Shown one piece after another: positions 48,416 to 58,263 of a stretch of DNA of 64,000 bases (positions within the stretch are counted from its first letter, which is position 1; each line of letters begins with the position of its first letter). Location: assembly GCA_002424045.1 (NCBI GenBank), contig DIPH01000051.1, positions 65,858 to 129,857 on the forward strand, written 5' to 3'. Below the pieces are notes generated by a model. It was not told where the DNA came from. It saw only the letters and a program-made list of their open reading frames with translations, and made no database searches. The translations under genes were made by a program, and so were the position numbers. Source of the DNA: Firmicutes bacterium UBA5493 (GTDB taxonomy: Bacteria > Bacillota > Limnochordia > Darwinibacteriales > Darwinibacteriaceae).

Positions 48416-49513
48416 CTAAACAAACCCGTAAATTCTACGTCTGTTGTCAGGATCATGTGGCTGAATATCTGGCAGTGGTAGTCGATCTTGCACGCAAGGA
48501 AGCTTGCGGAAAGACCGGTGTGGTTCTGTTTGGTACCAATATGCAGTACTGGAATAATCGTCACTGCGGTGATTGTTGTGTCCATGTTCAATCGTGACTC
48601 GAATGGACTTATTAAACATGATTGGATCTTCTATATGATAACGATACATGGAAATTTTACCCGACCAATTGGGCCCTCCCCCTAGAATAATCCCATGATA
48701 AGGAGTACAAATCTCTTGAGTGGGACACCACGCCGTATTAAAATAGTCTTCCATGCCCGTTCCATGCAAACTTGGCGGCCAAGGTTCTCCGTCAATAAAG
48801 ATCATGTCGTCCCCTTCACCATACCAATTCCACTTGTCAGTAAAACGCCGATTATGAATATTCAGGTTGCAGCCCACATAGTGGCCGGCTCCCACTGCAT
48901 CCAAAATCACATAATTACCATCTCCAGTTACGTTAGAGCCACCAAAGGAGAAATCCTCGTTGGAAATATTGGTATCATCAACGCCATCGGTTAAGCGCTC
49001 AGAATTCCATTGAGCATGAAAACGAAGCTCATCGCCGTTTAACTCGTCATACTCTTCGTAGTCCACATAAAAATACACTCGAACAGCACTCTCTGTCTCG
49101 TTTTCTACCTCCAAACGAGCCTGAGATGCAAAGGGCATGGGGAAGTAACAATTGAACGATTTCCCGTCCTCTGGACTCATCATTAAAACTGCAGAAGTAT
49201 AATTCCTCGTCATTCCATGACCTAAACCAAAAAAGTCACCTAAAGGAACTTCCACACTGGGGTCTTCCTCACCATCCCAGTACATGCGGAGCACAAGTTT
49301 GCGTGGCAAGTACAGTTCATCTTTGTTCAGTGAGGCTGTAGTCATCCAAATGTGAGTTATCTTCCCGCATCCCTGGAGATCAGCTATTACTCGATTCTCC
49401 CCAGGCTCAAGCATGTAAAAATCCTTATTTCCGCCAGAGCGGTCAAAACTAGAAACACGTTTTCGTCGTCCAGGTCGCCTAAGGCTCAACTCGCGCAATG
49501 AACTTCCCAGCAA
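48416..49513 (-). CDS. DUF2961-family protein (the family now classified as glycoside hydrolase GH172)
   Basis: A 365-aa cytoplasmic protein with the jelly-roll-like DUF2961 pattern (…SSFDRSGGNKDF…, W/Y-rich). Family assignment is from memory. TTG start 10 nt after AAGGAGG. Confidence 0.6.
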   Translation of the reverse strand: MLGSSLRELSLRRPGRRKRVSSFDRSGGNKDFYMLEPGENRVIADLQGCGKITHIWMTTASLNKDELYLPRKLVLRMYWDGEEDPSVEVPLGDFFGLGHGMTRNYTSAVLMMSPEDGKSFNCYFPMPFASQARLEVENETESAVRVYFYVDYEEYDELNGDELRFHAQWNSERLTDGVDDTNISNEDFSFGGSNVTGDGNYVILDAVGAGHYVGCNLNIHNRRFTDKWNWYGEGDDMIFIDGEPWPPSLHGTGMEDYFNTAWCPTQEICTPYHGIILGGGPNWSGKISMYRYHIEDPIMFNKSIRVTIEHGHNNHRSDDYSSTAYWYQTEPHRSFRKLPCVQDRLPLPDIQPHDPDNRRRIYGFV

Positions 49514-49666
49514 TTTTCATCTTCCTCCTTAAGAAATGTCAAACACGTTTTGAATTTTATAATCAGAAGGATCCCCTGTACGTGCCATTGTAAACGATTA
49601 CAAATGCATCAAAATAAAAAGGGGCTTTCTTTTGATCCACCAACAACCCTATTAACAGCTTAACAT

Positions 49667-49695
49667 AATTGTATAGCCTGTGTGTCTTTTTGTCA
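49667..49695 (-). promoter_or_regulatory. Consensus sigma-A promoter (TTGACA-17-TACAAT) reading into the DUF2961/sugar operon
   Basis: Minus strand: gTTGACAaaaagacacacaggctaTACAATtat. Confidence 0.55.
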
Positions 49696-49789
49696 ACTTC
49701 GTGTATTTGGATGATAGTGGCAACCCACAGTAGGGTCGAAGAAGAATCCCTGGTATTCTATGGCGAGCAAAAGTGTGCTTTTTGGAACT

Positions 49790-50154
49790 GGAAATCAAGA
49801 GCTGTGGGAGCGGCCATTTTTTCGAGGGCATCTAAAGCTGCTTCAGCCTTGCTTTCTTGGACTGTTCCTAAAATGGCGTTCAGAAAGATCACAACTAAGA
49901 TAATGCTTGCGTCAATCCACTCGCCAACCAATCCAGAGATGACCGCGGCGAATCAAGATCCAGATCATCATGTCTGTGAATTGAGCTAGGAAAATGCCAA
50001 GTACGGTTTTTTCAGCTATCAGTTGATTTGGTCCCTGTTCTGCCAAGCGGAACTTGGCCACAGAACCTCTGAGACCGATTCCTTCGGTGGTGAGCCTTTC
50101 ATAAACCTGTTCTATAGGTAAAGTATGCCAGCTTTTTTTCCATCTGCGTTTCAC
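49790..50154 (-). pseudogene. N-terminal fragment of a P-type cation-transporting ATPase, frameshifted near 49930 and truncated after about 130 codons
   Basis: Frame 1: MKRRWKKSWHTLPIEQVYERLTTEGIGL...LIAEKTVLGIFLAQFTDMMIWILI. A second frame then reads AAVISGLVGEWIDASIILVVIFLNAILGTVQESKAEAALDALEKMAAPTA, after which stops occur in all frames. Confidence 0.7.
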
Positions 50155-50396
50155 CCTTCTATAGATATGATCTTACCCAATTCTTCGACCGAAAGAACAA
50201 AAAAGACTCTCGCAGTCAAAAACTGCAAAAGTCTCATTGAACAAATGTCCTCGGACCAGGCCTAAGGCCAGAATGTTGATACGAAGCTGCGCTGAGGCGC
50301 GCCAATTACTCCCTTTCCATTACGGCGACTGATAGTGCCGGCTCTTGCTTGACCCAAAATACCCGCATCATGAAGAACTCAAGTCCTGAGCAAAAA

Positions 50397-51626
50397 TCAT
50401 ATAAGGTGTGCGGGCACAACCCAAACGTCACTAGTTAGAGGAAGCCGTTGCTTAGCCAAGCAGATTAAGGCGCCGGGTCCAATGGTCTTCGTTGGTATGT
50501 TTTTTAAGTAGCGAAAAGCGCTGACCATTTTCTTTGTCGGATCGCTGCTTGTCTTAATCTCTACAGGGTAAAGAGTACTTCCGTCCTCAATCAGCAAGTC
50601 AATTTCGTTCTTGTCTTTATCGCGATAATAGTAGAGAGGTGGTCGAACGAAGCCATCATTATAGTAACTTTTCAGAACTTCGGAAAATACGAAACTCTCG
50701 AACATATGTCCCCACATGGCGCCGCTCACAAGTTGTTCCGGCGTGTTCCAGCCTAGTAGCCAGCAGGCCAGACCCGTGTCAAGGAAATACAGTTTAGGCG
50801 TCTTGATCATCCGTTTATTGAAATTATTGTAATAGGGTTCCAAGAGGTAGATGAGACCGCTTGATTCCAGCGCAGAAAGCCAGGATTTTACTGTCTTGGC
50901 ATCCTTGCCACAGATTTCGCTTAAGGTTTTGACGTTCAACATTTCACCCGATAGGGAAGCTGTGGCCCGAACAAACTTGATGAATGCAGATTCGTCCAAG
51001 ATGTTTAAGACATCTCTAATGTCCTTTTCGATGTAGGTCTGGAAATAGGAGCTGTAATAGTCATTCCAGTCCTTAAGATCGCTTTCGGCTTCGTATAATT
51101 CCGGGAAGAAACCCTTGTGGATGCGCTGGACAATTTGCTCATAATCAAACTTTAACTCCTCTGCCCCCATCGCCTCCAAATGCCCTTCGGTTGGAAGAAA
51201 GGGTTCACGGTGCTTTACAAGGTCAAGTTCCCTCATGGAAATACCGAGCAGTTTTACAATACCGGCCCTACCCGCCAGACTCTCCCCAACATTCTTCATC
51301 AGTTTTAGGCTCTGCGAACCTGTTAAGTAAAACTGACCTTTGGTCTTATCTGCATCAACAATGTCTTTAATATAATCGAAAATTTCAGCGGCTTTTTGGA
51401 TCTCGTCTACAATGATGGGAGGCTTGTGGAGATCAAAAAAGAGCGACGGGTTTTCCTTAGCGCTTTGACGTACAAGAGGATTATTCAGTGTAATGTAATT
51501 TACGTCGCGATACACTTCCTTCAGCATTGTTGATTTCCCAACTTGCCGCGCGCCAGTCAAGACTATTACTGGTTTCCGTTTTGCCATCCGTTCAATAACC
51601 GGTTCCATGTGTCTTGGGTAGTACAT
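50397..51626 (-). CDS. AAA+ ATPase with C-terminal DUF4143 domain (COG1373 family)
   Basis: Walker A LTGARQVGKST, Walker B IIVDEIQ, and the DUF4143-like C-terminus. Intact 409-aa ORF. Confidence 0.85.
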   Translation of the reverse strand: MYYPRHMEPVIERMAKRKPVIVLTGARQVGKSTMLKEVYRDVNYITLNNPLVRQSAKENPSLFFDLHKPPIIVDEIQKAAEIFDYIKDIVDADKTKGQFYLTGSQSLKLMKNVGESLAGRAGIVKLLGISMRELDLVKHREPFLPTEGHLEAMGAEELKFDYEQIVQRIHKGFFPELYEAESDLKDWNDYYSSYFQTYIEKDIRDVLNILDESAFIKFVRATASLSGEMLNVKTLSEICGKDAKTVKSWLSALESSGLIYLLEPYYNNFNKRMIKTPKLYFLDTGLACWLLGWNTPEQLVSGAMWGHMFESFVFSEVLKSYYNDGFVRPPLYYYRDKDKNEIDLLIEDGSTLYPVEIKTSSDPTKKMVSAFRYLKNIPTKTIGPGALICLAKQRLPLTSDVWVVPAHLI

Positions 51627-51719
51627 TTCACCGCCTCTTTCCGTCTAATAATGGGTTCAACTCCATTATAGTCGGATTTTGGGCAGGAATCAAGTCTAGA
51701 TAAAAGTGTACTTTGAACA

Positions 51720-52136
51720 GAAACACTATTTGGAGATTCGAGAGGAGTGGAGCCAACTCAGTACGTTAGATGGTATCGCCGGTGGGAAAGAAGGTATTGT
51801 CAAAATTCTGGCCCAGCAACACAAGCCAACGGCTGTCTTTGCTTGTAATGGCCTGACGGCTGTGGGGCAGTTAATGCCATCCGCCAAATGGACCTCCGTG
51901 TCCCTGATGACATAGCAATTGCTGGATTTGACAACATAGAGCTCGCGGAATACCTAGAGGTTCCTTTGACAACCATGGAACAGCCAAAGGCAGAAATGGG
52001 GTCCCTTGCTGCCAAAATGCTTATTAACAACATTAACGGCGTAGAGCCAAACCCCTGGCAAAGGGTACTCTTTCCTAAACTTATTGTTAGACAATCTTGC
52101 GGAAGTGTTCTGGCAACCAAGCGTTCTGCACGATAG
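51720..52136 (+). pseudogene. C-terminal third of a LacI-family transcriptional regulator, with a frameshift in a GGGG run at about 51866
   Basis: Frame A …PTAVFACNGLTAVGQ switches to frame B NAIRQMDLRVPDDIAIAGFDNIELAEYLEVPLTTMEQPKAEMGSLAAKMLINNI. The HTH and first sugar-binding lobe are absent. Confidence 0.7.
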
Positions 52137-52215
52137 ACCCACTTCTTTTCGAAGGTAGGTGTTGCCAAACAGCCTAAAGTGTTTCGTACAACCAAGACTA
52201 AGGGAGGATAACACA

Positions 52216-52695
52216 TTGAAGAGAGTTCTACTGAGTACCATTGTTGCGTTACTTTTGCTTCTCACGATCATGCCAGTCTTTGCAGAAGAACCTGTGACCT
52301 TAACCTTCTGGACAGATCCCCGTTTTCGGAATATTGAAGGTCTCAAAGACCAAACTAGCCTCCCGGGGCAATGGGAAGTAATGCAGGCTGAAGCCTTTAT
52401 GAAGTTACACCCTCATGTGAAAATCGAAGTCGAAGTCATCCCCTTTGAAGACCTCACAGTTCGTGTTCCAGCAGCCATTGCTGCCGGCGGCGCTCCAGAC
52501 CTTCTAAAAGATTTCTTGGGACGTACCGCCCAATATTGGCATGAAGGTGTATTGGAGCCAATGGAAAATCCGGTTCCCCAAGAGGAGTTAGATGATTATC
52601 TACCGAGTTTTGTTGATATGTGTACTTTAGATGGTCATTTGCATGGTCTTCCCACGTATTCTTGGACCGATCACTTAGTGGCTAACAAAGCCTGA
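52216..52695 (+). pseudogene. Truncated family-1 sugar-binding protein (N-terminal about 160 aa only)
   Basis: TTG start after GGGAGGA. Signal peptide LKRVLLSTIVALLLLLTIMPVFA followed by TLTFWTD. The ORF stops at 52695 and is followed by stops in all frames. Full-length homologues are about 420 aa. Confidence 0.55.
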
Positions 52696-52866
52696 TGTTA
52701 GTATTGTCAAGGGGGTGTTAAGCATCTGAACTCCTATGTTGCTTTTCGTGATAACTCTTAGGTGGTGCAGCAGCCCGTATAAGGTTCACACTAGGTTCTC
52801 TACCTTTACGTTTCTCTTTGATCGGCCTAACGCTTCTCGTGCTTGCCTAGTAAAGCTCAGGTGTTT

Positions 52867-53739
52867 CTACTTCTCCGTCTCAATCATCAACTCCACAAAG
52901 TATTTTTGCAGGCTTAAAATGACAATGACCGGTAAAACTAGAGCGATCATGGCTGCGGCCATTACGATATTCCATTCTGGGAGCATCTCTCCGCCTCCAG
53001 GAATGAGACTGCGCAACCCTACTACCACGACCCTCATTTCCTTAGTGTGAGTAATCATGAGTGGCCACAAGTATTGATTCCAGCCGAAGATGAACAAGAC
53101 CACAAACAAGGCGGCAATATTGGCCCATGAATTGGGAAGTAAGACAGACCACAGAAACCTCATGGGGCCGGCCCCGTCAATTTGGGAAGCTTCAACTAAC
53201 TCCCCAGGTATCGTACGGTAAAACTGCCTGAAGAAAAACGTACCTGTGGCGGAAGCCATCAAAGGAACTGTCAATCCCACATAACTATTCAACCAGCCTA
53301 AATCACTAATCACCTGATACGTTGAGACGATCCTGACAGGAACCGGCAACATGAGCGTGATGAAGATTGTCCAGAAGGCTAAAGACTTGAAACGGAAATT
53401 GAAAAACACAATGGCAAACGCGGAAAGAATCGCCATCGTGATCTTCCCAATAGTAGAGGTCAAGGCCACAAAAATGCTGTTGAACAACAGCCTACCCAAG
53501 TCGCTGCGCACCCAAGCCTCACGATAGTTCCCCAAAAGGTTATTAGAAATTCTCAGTGTGGGACGTCCCACTACTTCTTGCAGACTTTGGGTGGAAATGG
53601 CAAAGGCATAAATTAGAGGGAACCCAATAATTAAGACGATAGTAATCAGCAAAAGATGGATGTACAGCTTCTCCCAATTTACTTTATTGAGCTGCAAACC
53701 ACCCAAGACGTTCGTTTGTTTTGCAGTTTTCTGGCTCAA
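52867..53739 (-). CDS. ABC transporter permease (UgpE-like, sugar)
   Basis: EAA loop LVEASQIDGAGPMRFLWSVLLP. Confidence 0.85.
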   Translation of the reverse strand: MSQKTAKQTNVLGGLQLNKVNWEKLYIHLLLITIVLIIGFPLIYAFAISTQSLQEVVGRPTLRISNNLLGNYREAWVRSDLGRLLFNSIFVALTSTIGKITMAILSAFAIVFFNFRFKSLAFWTIFITLMLPVPVRIVSTYQVISDLGWLNSYVGLTVPLMASATGTFFFRQFYRTIPGELVEASQIDGAGPMRFLWSVLLPNSWANIAALFVVLFIFGWNQYLWPLMITHTKEMRVVVVGLRSLIPGGGEMLPEWNIVMAAAMIALVLPVIVILSLQKYFVELMIETEK

Positions 53740-54623
53740 TATGAAACCTTCCTCTCAATAAATCCAAACTGAAATACTGTCAATAGGGTTGCTAAAACCA
53801 TCAGAATTACCGATTGGGCCGCAGACGAACCTAAATTGAGACTGATAATTCCATCTTTATATGCTTTGTAGATTAAGATCTCAGTTGCGTTACCTGGACC
53901 ACCTTTGGTAACAGCATCAATCAAGCCAAAGGTGTCAAATAAGGAGTACACAACATTCATGACCAACAGAAAAAACGTTGTGGGCGATAATAAGGGAAGT
54001 GTGATGTAGCGAATTGCTTTCAGGGATGTCGCACCATCCACCAAAGCCGCTTCTTGAAGTGATTTGGGAATAGCCTGGAGTCCAGCTAGGAAAAATGCCA
54101 CATTATACCCTAAGTTAGTCCAAATCGCTGTGAGAATAACCAAGAGCATAGCCGCATTTCCATTTAGGATCCAGTCGAAATTAAAATCGATAATACCCTC
54201 GAAAAAGTAGGGAACAATGCCAAAGGTCGGATGCATCATGAACATCCAAAGGATTCCTGAGATGGGTAAAGCAACCCCATAGGGCCATAAAATTGCAGTA
54301 CGATAAACTGTGCGGCCACGCACCGCTTGATTTAACAACAATGCAATGCACAGAGAAATGGCTACACCTAGGAGCGTAACGCTGGCTGAAAACATGAGCG
54401 TAGTAATTAAGCTTCGTTGATACTGGGGTGAAGCAAATAATCTTTGGAAGTTCTGGGAACCCACAAAAAAGGTGCGATCCCCAAATGGAGTGGTTCTATA
54501 TAATGCAAGTCGCAAGGACGTGATGGCTGGCCAAAAAAAGAAGACAATGGTTATCACTATTTGCGGAGCAAGCAGAATGTACGGTAGCCACTTGTTCTTC
54601 TTGAATACAACCTGCTGAGACAT
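53736..54623 (-). CDS. ABC transporter permease (UgpA-like, sugar)
   Basis: The start is taken at MSQQVVFKKNKWLPYILLAP (54623). The first 63 codons of the ORF-track extension overlap the upstream gene. EAA loop LQEAALVDGATSLKAIRYITLP. Confidence 0.85.
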   Translation of the reverse strand: MSQQVVFKKNKWLPYILLAPQIVITIVFFFWPAITSLRLALYRTTPFGDRTFFVGSQNFQRLFASPQYQRSLITTLMFSASVTLLGVAISLCIALLLNQAVRGRTVYRTAILWPYGVALPISGILWMFMMHPTFGIVPYFFEGIIDFNFDWILNGNAAMLLVILTAIWTNLGYNVAFFLAGLQAIPKSLQEAALVDGATSLKAIRYITLPLLSPTTFFLLVMNVVYSLFDTFGLIDAVTKGGPGNATEILIYKAYKDGIISLNLGSSAAQSVILMVLATLLTVFQFGFIERKVSY

Positions 54624-54690
54624 AACAATAACCCTTTCTTTCGAGGTAGCACACGGTTTGGATAGGCTCCAAACCGTGTGTTGATTCCTT

Positions 54691-56004
54691 CTATTGGTAC
54701 ATTTCGGCAAATTCCTCAAGGAGCTGGTTAGCTCTCTTGACTGCATCATTGAGACCATCCTCGACTGATTTATTACCCGCGAAGATATTCTCCATCTCCT
54801 CCTCAACAACATTGCGGATTTCTACGAAGTTGCCAAGGCGGAGTCCCTTGGTATCAGGAGTAGGATCAGAATAGTTTAGTTGATCAATAGCTATGCGTTG
54901 ATATGGCTCTTTTTCAAAGTGTCCTTCTGCCTCCAAGATAGCTGCAGCAGAGTTAGTGATGGGCACGTATCCAGTTTGTTTATGCCACCAAGCTTGTTGT
55001 TCAGGTTGAGCAACGAAATTGAGAAACTCAGCTACGCCGCGGTATTCTTCCTCGCTATGCCCCTTCAAAACCCATAGTGTTGCTCCACCAATAATGGTGT
55101 TAGTCATTGGGTATGGCTCCCCCCAATGGGGAAGCATGGCTGCGTCCCAATTCAAGCCACTTTGTTTCATACTACCGATTAGGGCCGAGGAGTGAGGCAT
55201 CATGGCAGCATCTTCATTCATGAAGATCCAGTTAGCACTATCACCCCGTCCTCCGTAGTGGAAGATCCCTTCTTCTTGCCATCTTGCCAAGGCAGACATG
55301 TGCTTCATGCCAAACTCACCGTTAATGAGCAGCTCTACATCTAGCCCATCGAAGCCATTACCTTGGCTAGCAAATGGTAGGCCATGCCAAGCATGCATCG
55401 TCTCAAGTTGCACCCACGCAGGCCATCCAGTAGTAAACCCATAATGGGCAGCACCAGATTCGATGATTTGCCGACTATACTCTTCTACCTCTTGCCAGGT
55501 CTGTGGAGGACGATCTGGGTCTAAGCCAGCGGCTTCAAAGATATCCCTGTTATAGAAGAAAATTGGGCTGGATGAGTTAAAAGGTAACGAATAGAGATCT
55601 CCTTCGTGTGTATAGTAGGCATAAACTGCTGAGACGAAGTCATCCCAGTCGATCTCGATGCCTTGCTCTTCCATGAGTTGATACACAGGGTAAATGGCTC
55701 CAGATAAGAGCATGGTTTGTGTACCCACTTCGTAAACTTGCAGAATATGAGGTGCATTGCCTGCGCGATAGGCAGCAATGGCTGCGGTCATAGATTCGGC
55801 ATAGGCTCCTCTAAAAAAGGCGACTACTTCAAACTCATCTTGGCTATTGTTGAAGTCTGTTACGAGTTGTTGTACGGTCTCTCCTAGTTGCCCGCCCAAC
55901 GAAAACCAAAAGTCAATTTGAGTCTTGGCGTTAGCTACACTGGCACCCGCCAAAATGACTGTGAGTACAACGAGAGCCACCAGGTTTTTTGAACTAAATC
56001 TCAC
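54691..56004 (-). CDS. ABC transporter substrate-binding protein, family 1 (UgpB-like)
   Basis: A GTG start at 56004 after GGGGGGGAA. Signal peptide VRFSSKNLVALVVLTVILAGASVANA. Confidence 0.85.
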   Translation of the reverse strand: MRFSSKNLVALVVLTVILAGASVANAKTQIDFWFSLGGQLGETVQQLVTDFNNSQDEFEVVAFFRGAYAESMTAAIAAYRAGNAPHILQVYEVGTQTMLLSGAIYPVYQLMEEQGIEIDWDDFVSAVYAYYTHEGDLYSLPFNSSSPIFFYNRDIFEAAGLDPDRPPQTWQEVEEYSRQIIESGAAHYGFTTGWPAWVQLETMHAWHGLPFASQGNGFDGLDVELLINGEFGMKHMSALARWQEEGIFHYGGRGDSANWIFMNEDAAMMPHSSALIGSMKQSGLNWDAAMLPHWGEPYPMTNTIIGGATLWVLKGHSEEEYRGVAEFLNFVAQPEQQAWWHKQTGYVPITNSAAAILEAEGHFEKEPYQRIAIDQLNYSDPTPDTKGLRLGNFVEIRNVVEEEMENIFAGNKSVEDGLNDAVKRANQLLEEFAEMYQ

Positions 56005-56279
56005 TGAAATTCCCCCCCTGATTCTAAAGTCTTGGTAAACTAGCACTACCCTCCCTCTGATAATTTTGTGTAGGCAATATAGATCTAGCTTGTGTGAATG
56101 CGTTACAGTTATGGGTAATCTATAATCCATTCCGCCTGATAAATTTCCTTCTTTAAGAATCGTAAAAATGCACCCAGTTATAACCAAGGGGCCTGTCCCT
56201 CGCGCGGTTTAACGAATATCGTACAAACAACAACCCTCACCACAGTCCCAACTTAAAAAACACACCTCCCCATACCCAA

Positions 56280-56588
56280 CTAGTATGTAGGAAGATGTGT
56301 TTTTGCTCTTTGTATGTTACTAGCCCAGCAATTGTGGCCATCCATACAGAAATGGAATCCATTATTCGTTATTGAAACAGAAGCGATAGACTCGAGGCCA
56401 ACGGGCAGAATATGGATGGCAGTGTTCGACTCTCCAAACAGCTCACTTATACACTGTTTGTGATGTTCTCCAGGTTTCCAGCTGATCTTTGCTCCCCCCA
56501 CAAACATATTGAGGTGTGGAATCCTAGGTCTCTTATAATCATACTTGACATAGAGCCGTACTGTCATCTGTTTCTCGTGTGAATACAT
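56280..56588 (-). CDS. Hypothetical protein (102 aa), possibly a fragment
   Basis: ORF only. Confidence 0.25.
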   Translation of the reverse strand: MYSHEKQMTVRLYVKYDYKRPRIPHLNMFVGGAKISWKPGEHHKQCISELFGESNTAIHILPVGLESIASVSITNNGFHFCMDGHNCWASNIQRAKTHLPTY

Positions 56589-56848
56589 GGGCTACTTCCT
56601 GACTCTAGAAGTCAAGGTTTTCGTCCGCCCCCCGAACTACCAAATAAAAGCCACGCTTACCAATCAGGTCAGTTACACCCTCGCACATAATTGTATCCTT
56701 TGCAGAAGCCATCTCTGCCGATCACTGCAAGCCGTAAGAGTTGTTATCTTCACCCTTTTGGCAAGAAATATCGTCCAAGAACTGACAAGGCGGGCAGAGG
56801 AAACCGCCTTTACGATTCAAGTTTCGCCGAATTGCGCGGTCGCCGACC

Positions 56849-57130
56849 CTATGGTCGGCGGTGGAGTTTGTTAGATGTTTGTTCATCAATTTCCAAGTAC
56901 TCAATTAGTGCGGCCTTCAGAATTTTCGAGTAGTTCACGCCCTGTTCCTCAGCGATGTCCTTCAACCATGCTGGAATTGTAAGATTCGTCTTAACTGCCC
57001 GATTATCTAGTTCGTTCTTGATCATCCCCGGGAACACCGATATGGGAGTAACTATACTTCCTTGTGCTGTATGCGGATCCAGTTCCGGATTTTTACTAGG
57101 GGAGGGTAACTCATCGCCGTCCTTTTCCAT
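56849..57130 (-). CDS. Ribbon-helix-helix (HicB/CopG-like) antitoxin-type protein
   Basis: The C-terminus LTIPAWLKDIAEEQGVNYSKILKAALIEYLEI has the RHH pattern of HicB-family antitoxins. Confidence 0.45.
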   Translation of the reverse strand: MEKDGDELPSPSKNPELDPHTAQGSIVTPISVFPGMIKNELDNRAVKTNLTIPAWLKDIAEEQGVNYSKILKAALIEYLEIDEQTSNKLHRRP

Positions 57131-57230
57131 CCCATAGACATGTCTAGTTGGATGTGTGAACCTTTCGTTCTAGCTTCAATCTCTCGCCAACGTCTTGGCC
57201 GAGAATTTTCAGAAGTTCTCTGGCAGCCAT
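57131..57230 (-). pseudogene. Degenerate HicA-like toxin gene (frameshifted remnant) immediately upstream of the RHH gene
   Basis: AGGAGG-7nt-ATG gives MAARELLKILGQD... then stops. The +2 frame continues RRWREIEARTKGSHIQL, which contains the HicA GSH motif. Confidence 0.4.
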
Positions 57231-57506
57231 TCCTGAACCTCCTGGAATAAATATACGCCTTTTTTATGCGTACGTCAATTTGCAGGGATAGTAAACTAAG
57301 GGCAATTCAATGTAGGACTTGGCTTTACGTAGCCCAAGGTTCGACACAGCTGCCTGCACTCCTACAACTATTCCCAATTTTCCGTTATTGGGGTGCAAAA
57401 ATCGACCGTAGGGTCACGCTGCGCATTTTCCATGTTCTGCACATGAAAAGAGGGCCGCGAAAAATGAATCAACTCGAGTTCATTTGCCACAGCCCCTTTT
57501 CTTATT

Positions 57507-58250
57507 CTAGCTTCCTAACCAGTTGACTAATTGTTGCCAAAACTGATTATACTGTCGCCACTCTACAAACTCAGCTGAACCCCAGTGGGGTGCACAATCA
57601 GATGCAAAAGCAGCAGTCTTGCCCTTTCCATACGAACCAACGACCAAAATTGGATCTTGATCGGCTGTCACTAGTACGCTTGCGTCAACCTTTGGGGTCA
57701 ATTTATTGTACCCTAGAAGCATAGGCCAGGTAGTATCTAAACCCTGGACAACTGGATGTGCAGAGTTAACGACTTTGGGATACAAGCCTTCAGGAACTTC
57801 CACCCGATCATCGTATTCCATCATTGTAACGGGTAGAATCTCTTCCACAGGGGTATGTCTATACTTTCCTTTGCCATCAATTCCAGTGAAGGATAAATAA
57901 CCCCCTACCATAAGGAAAGCACCGCCTTGATCAACATAGTCCCGAAACAGCTTAAGACGATTAGGCGTTGCAATGGATCTTTCAAACGTATCGGGATGCA
58001 GCAACAGCGTATTAGCACCAATATCACTTAAAATGACGGCACTGTACTCCTGCAGATCTCTTAACGCTGTTGGCACTTTACTTGGGGCGTGATGGTTTGG
58101 AATATAGTCAACTTGGTAACCCCCAGCCTCTAGGGCCCCAATCAACCACTCGGCACCCTCACCATACTTTGTGGTGAAAAATGCATCAAAACCCTTCTGG
58201 TGTACTGAAAATACTTCCCAGCTTTCACCGACCAATAATACTTTCTTCAT
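57507..58250 (-). CDS. ThuA-like/class-I glutamine-amidotransferase-like domain protein
   Basis: Flavodoxin-like fold pattern MKKVLLVGESW...AVILSD...FLMVGG. Assignment is tentative. Confidence 0.45.
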   Translation of the reverse strand: MKKVLLVGESWEVFSVHQKGFDAFFTTKYGEGAEWLIGALEAGGYQVDYIPNHHAPSKVPTALRDLQEYSAVILSDIGANTLLLHPDTFERSIATPNRLKLFRDYVDQGGAFLMVGGYLSFTGIDGKGKYRHTPVEEILPVTMMEYDDRVEVPEGLYPKVVNSAHPVVQGLDTTWPMLLGYNKLTPKVDASVLVTADQDPILVVGSYGKGKTAAFASDCAPHWGSAEFVEWRQYNQFWQQLVNWLGS

Positions 58251-58263
58251 CTGTTTTCCCTCC

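Noticed and set aside
49669-49989. 106-aa plus-strand ORF
   Set aside because: It is antisense to the P-type ATPase fragment and promoter region, with no RBS.
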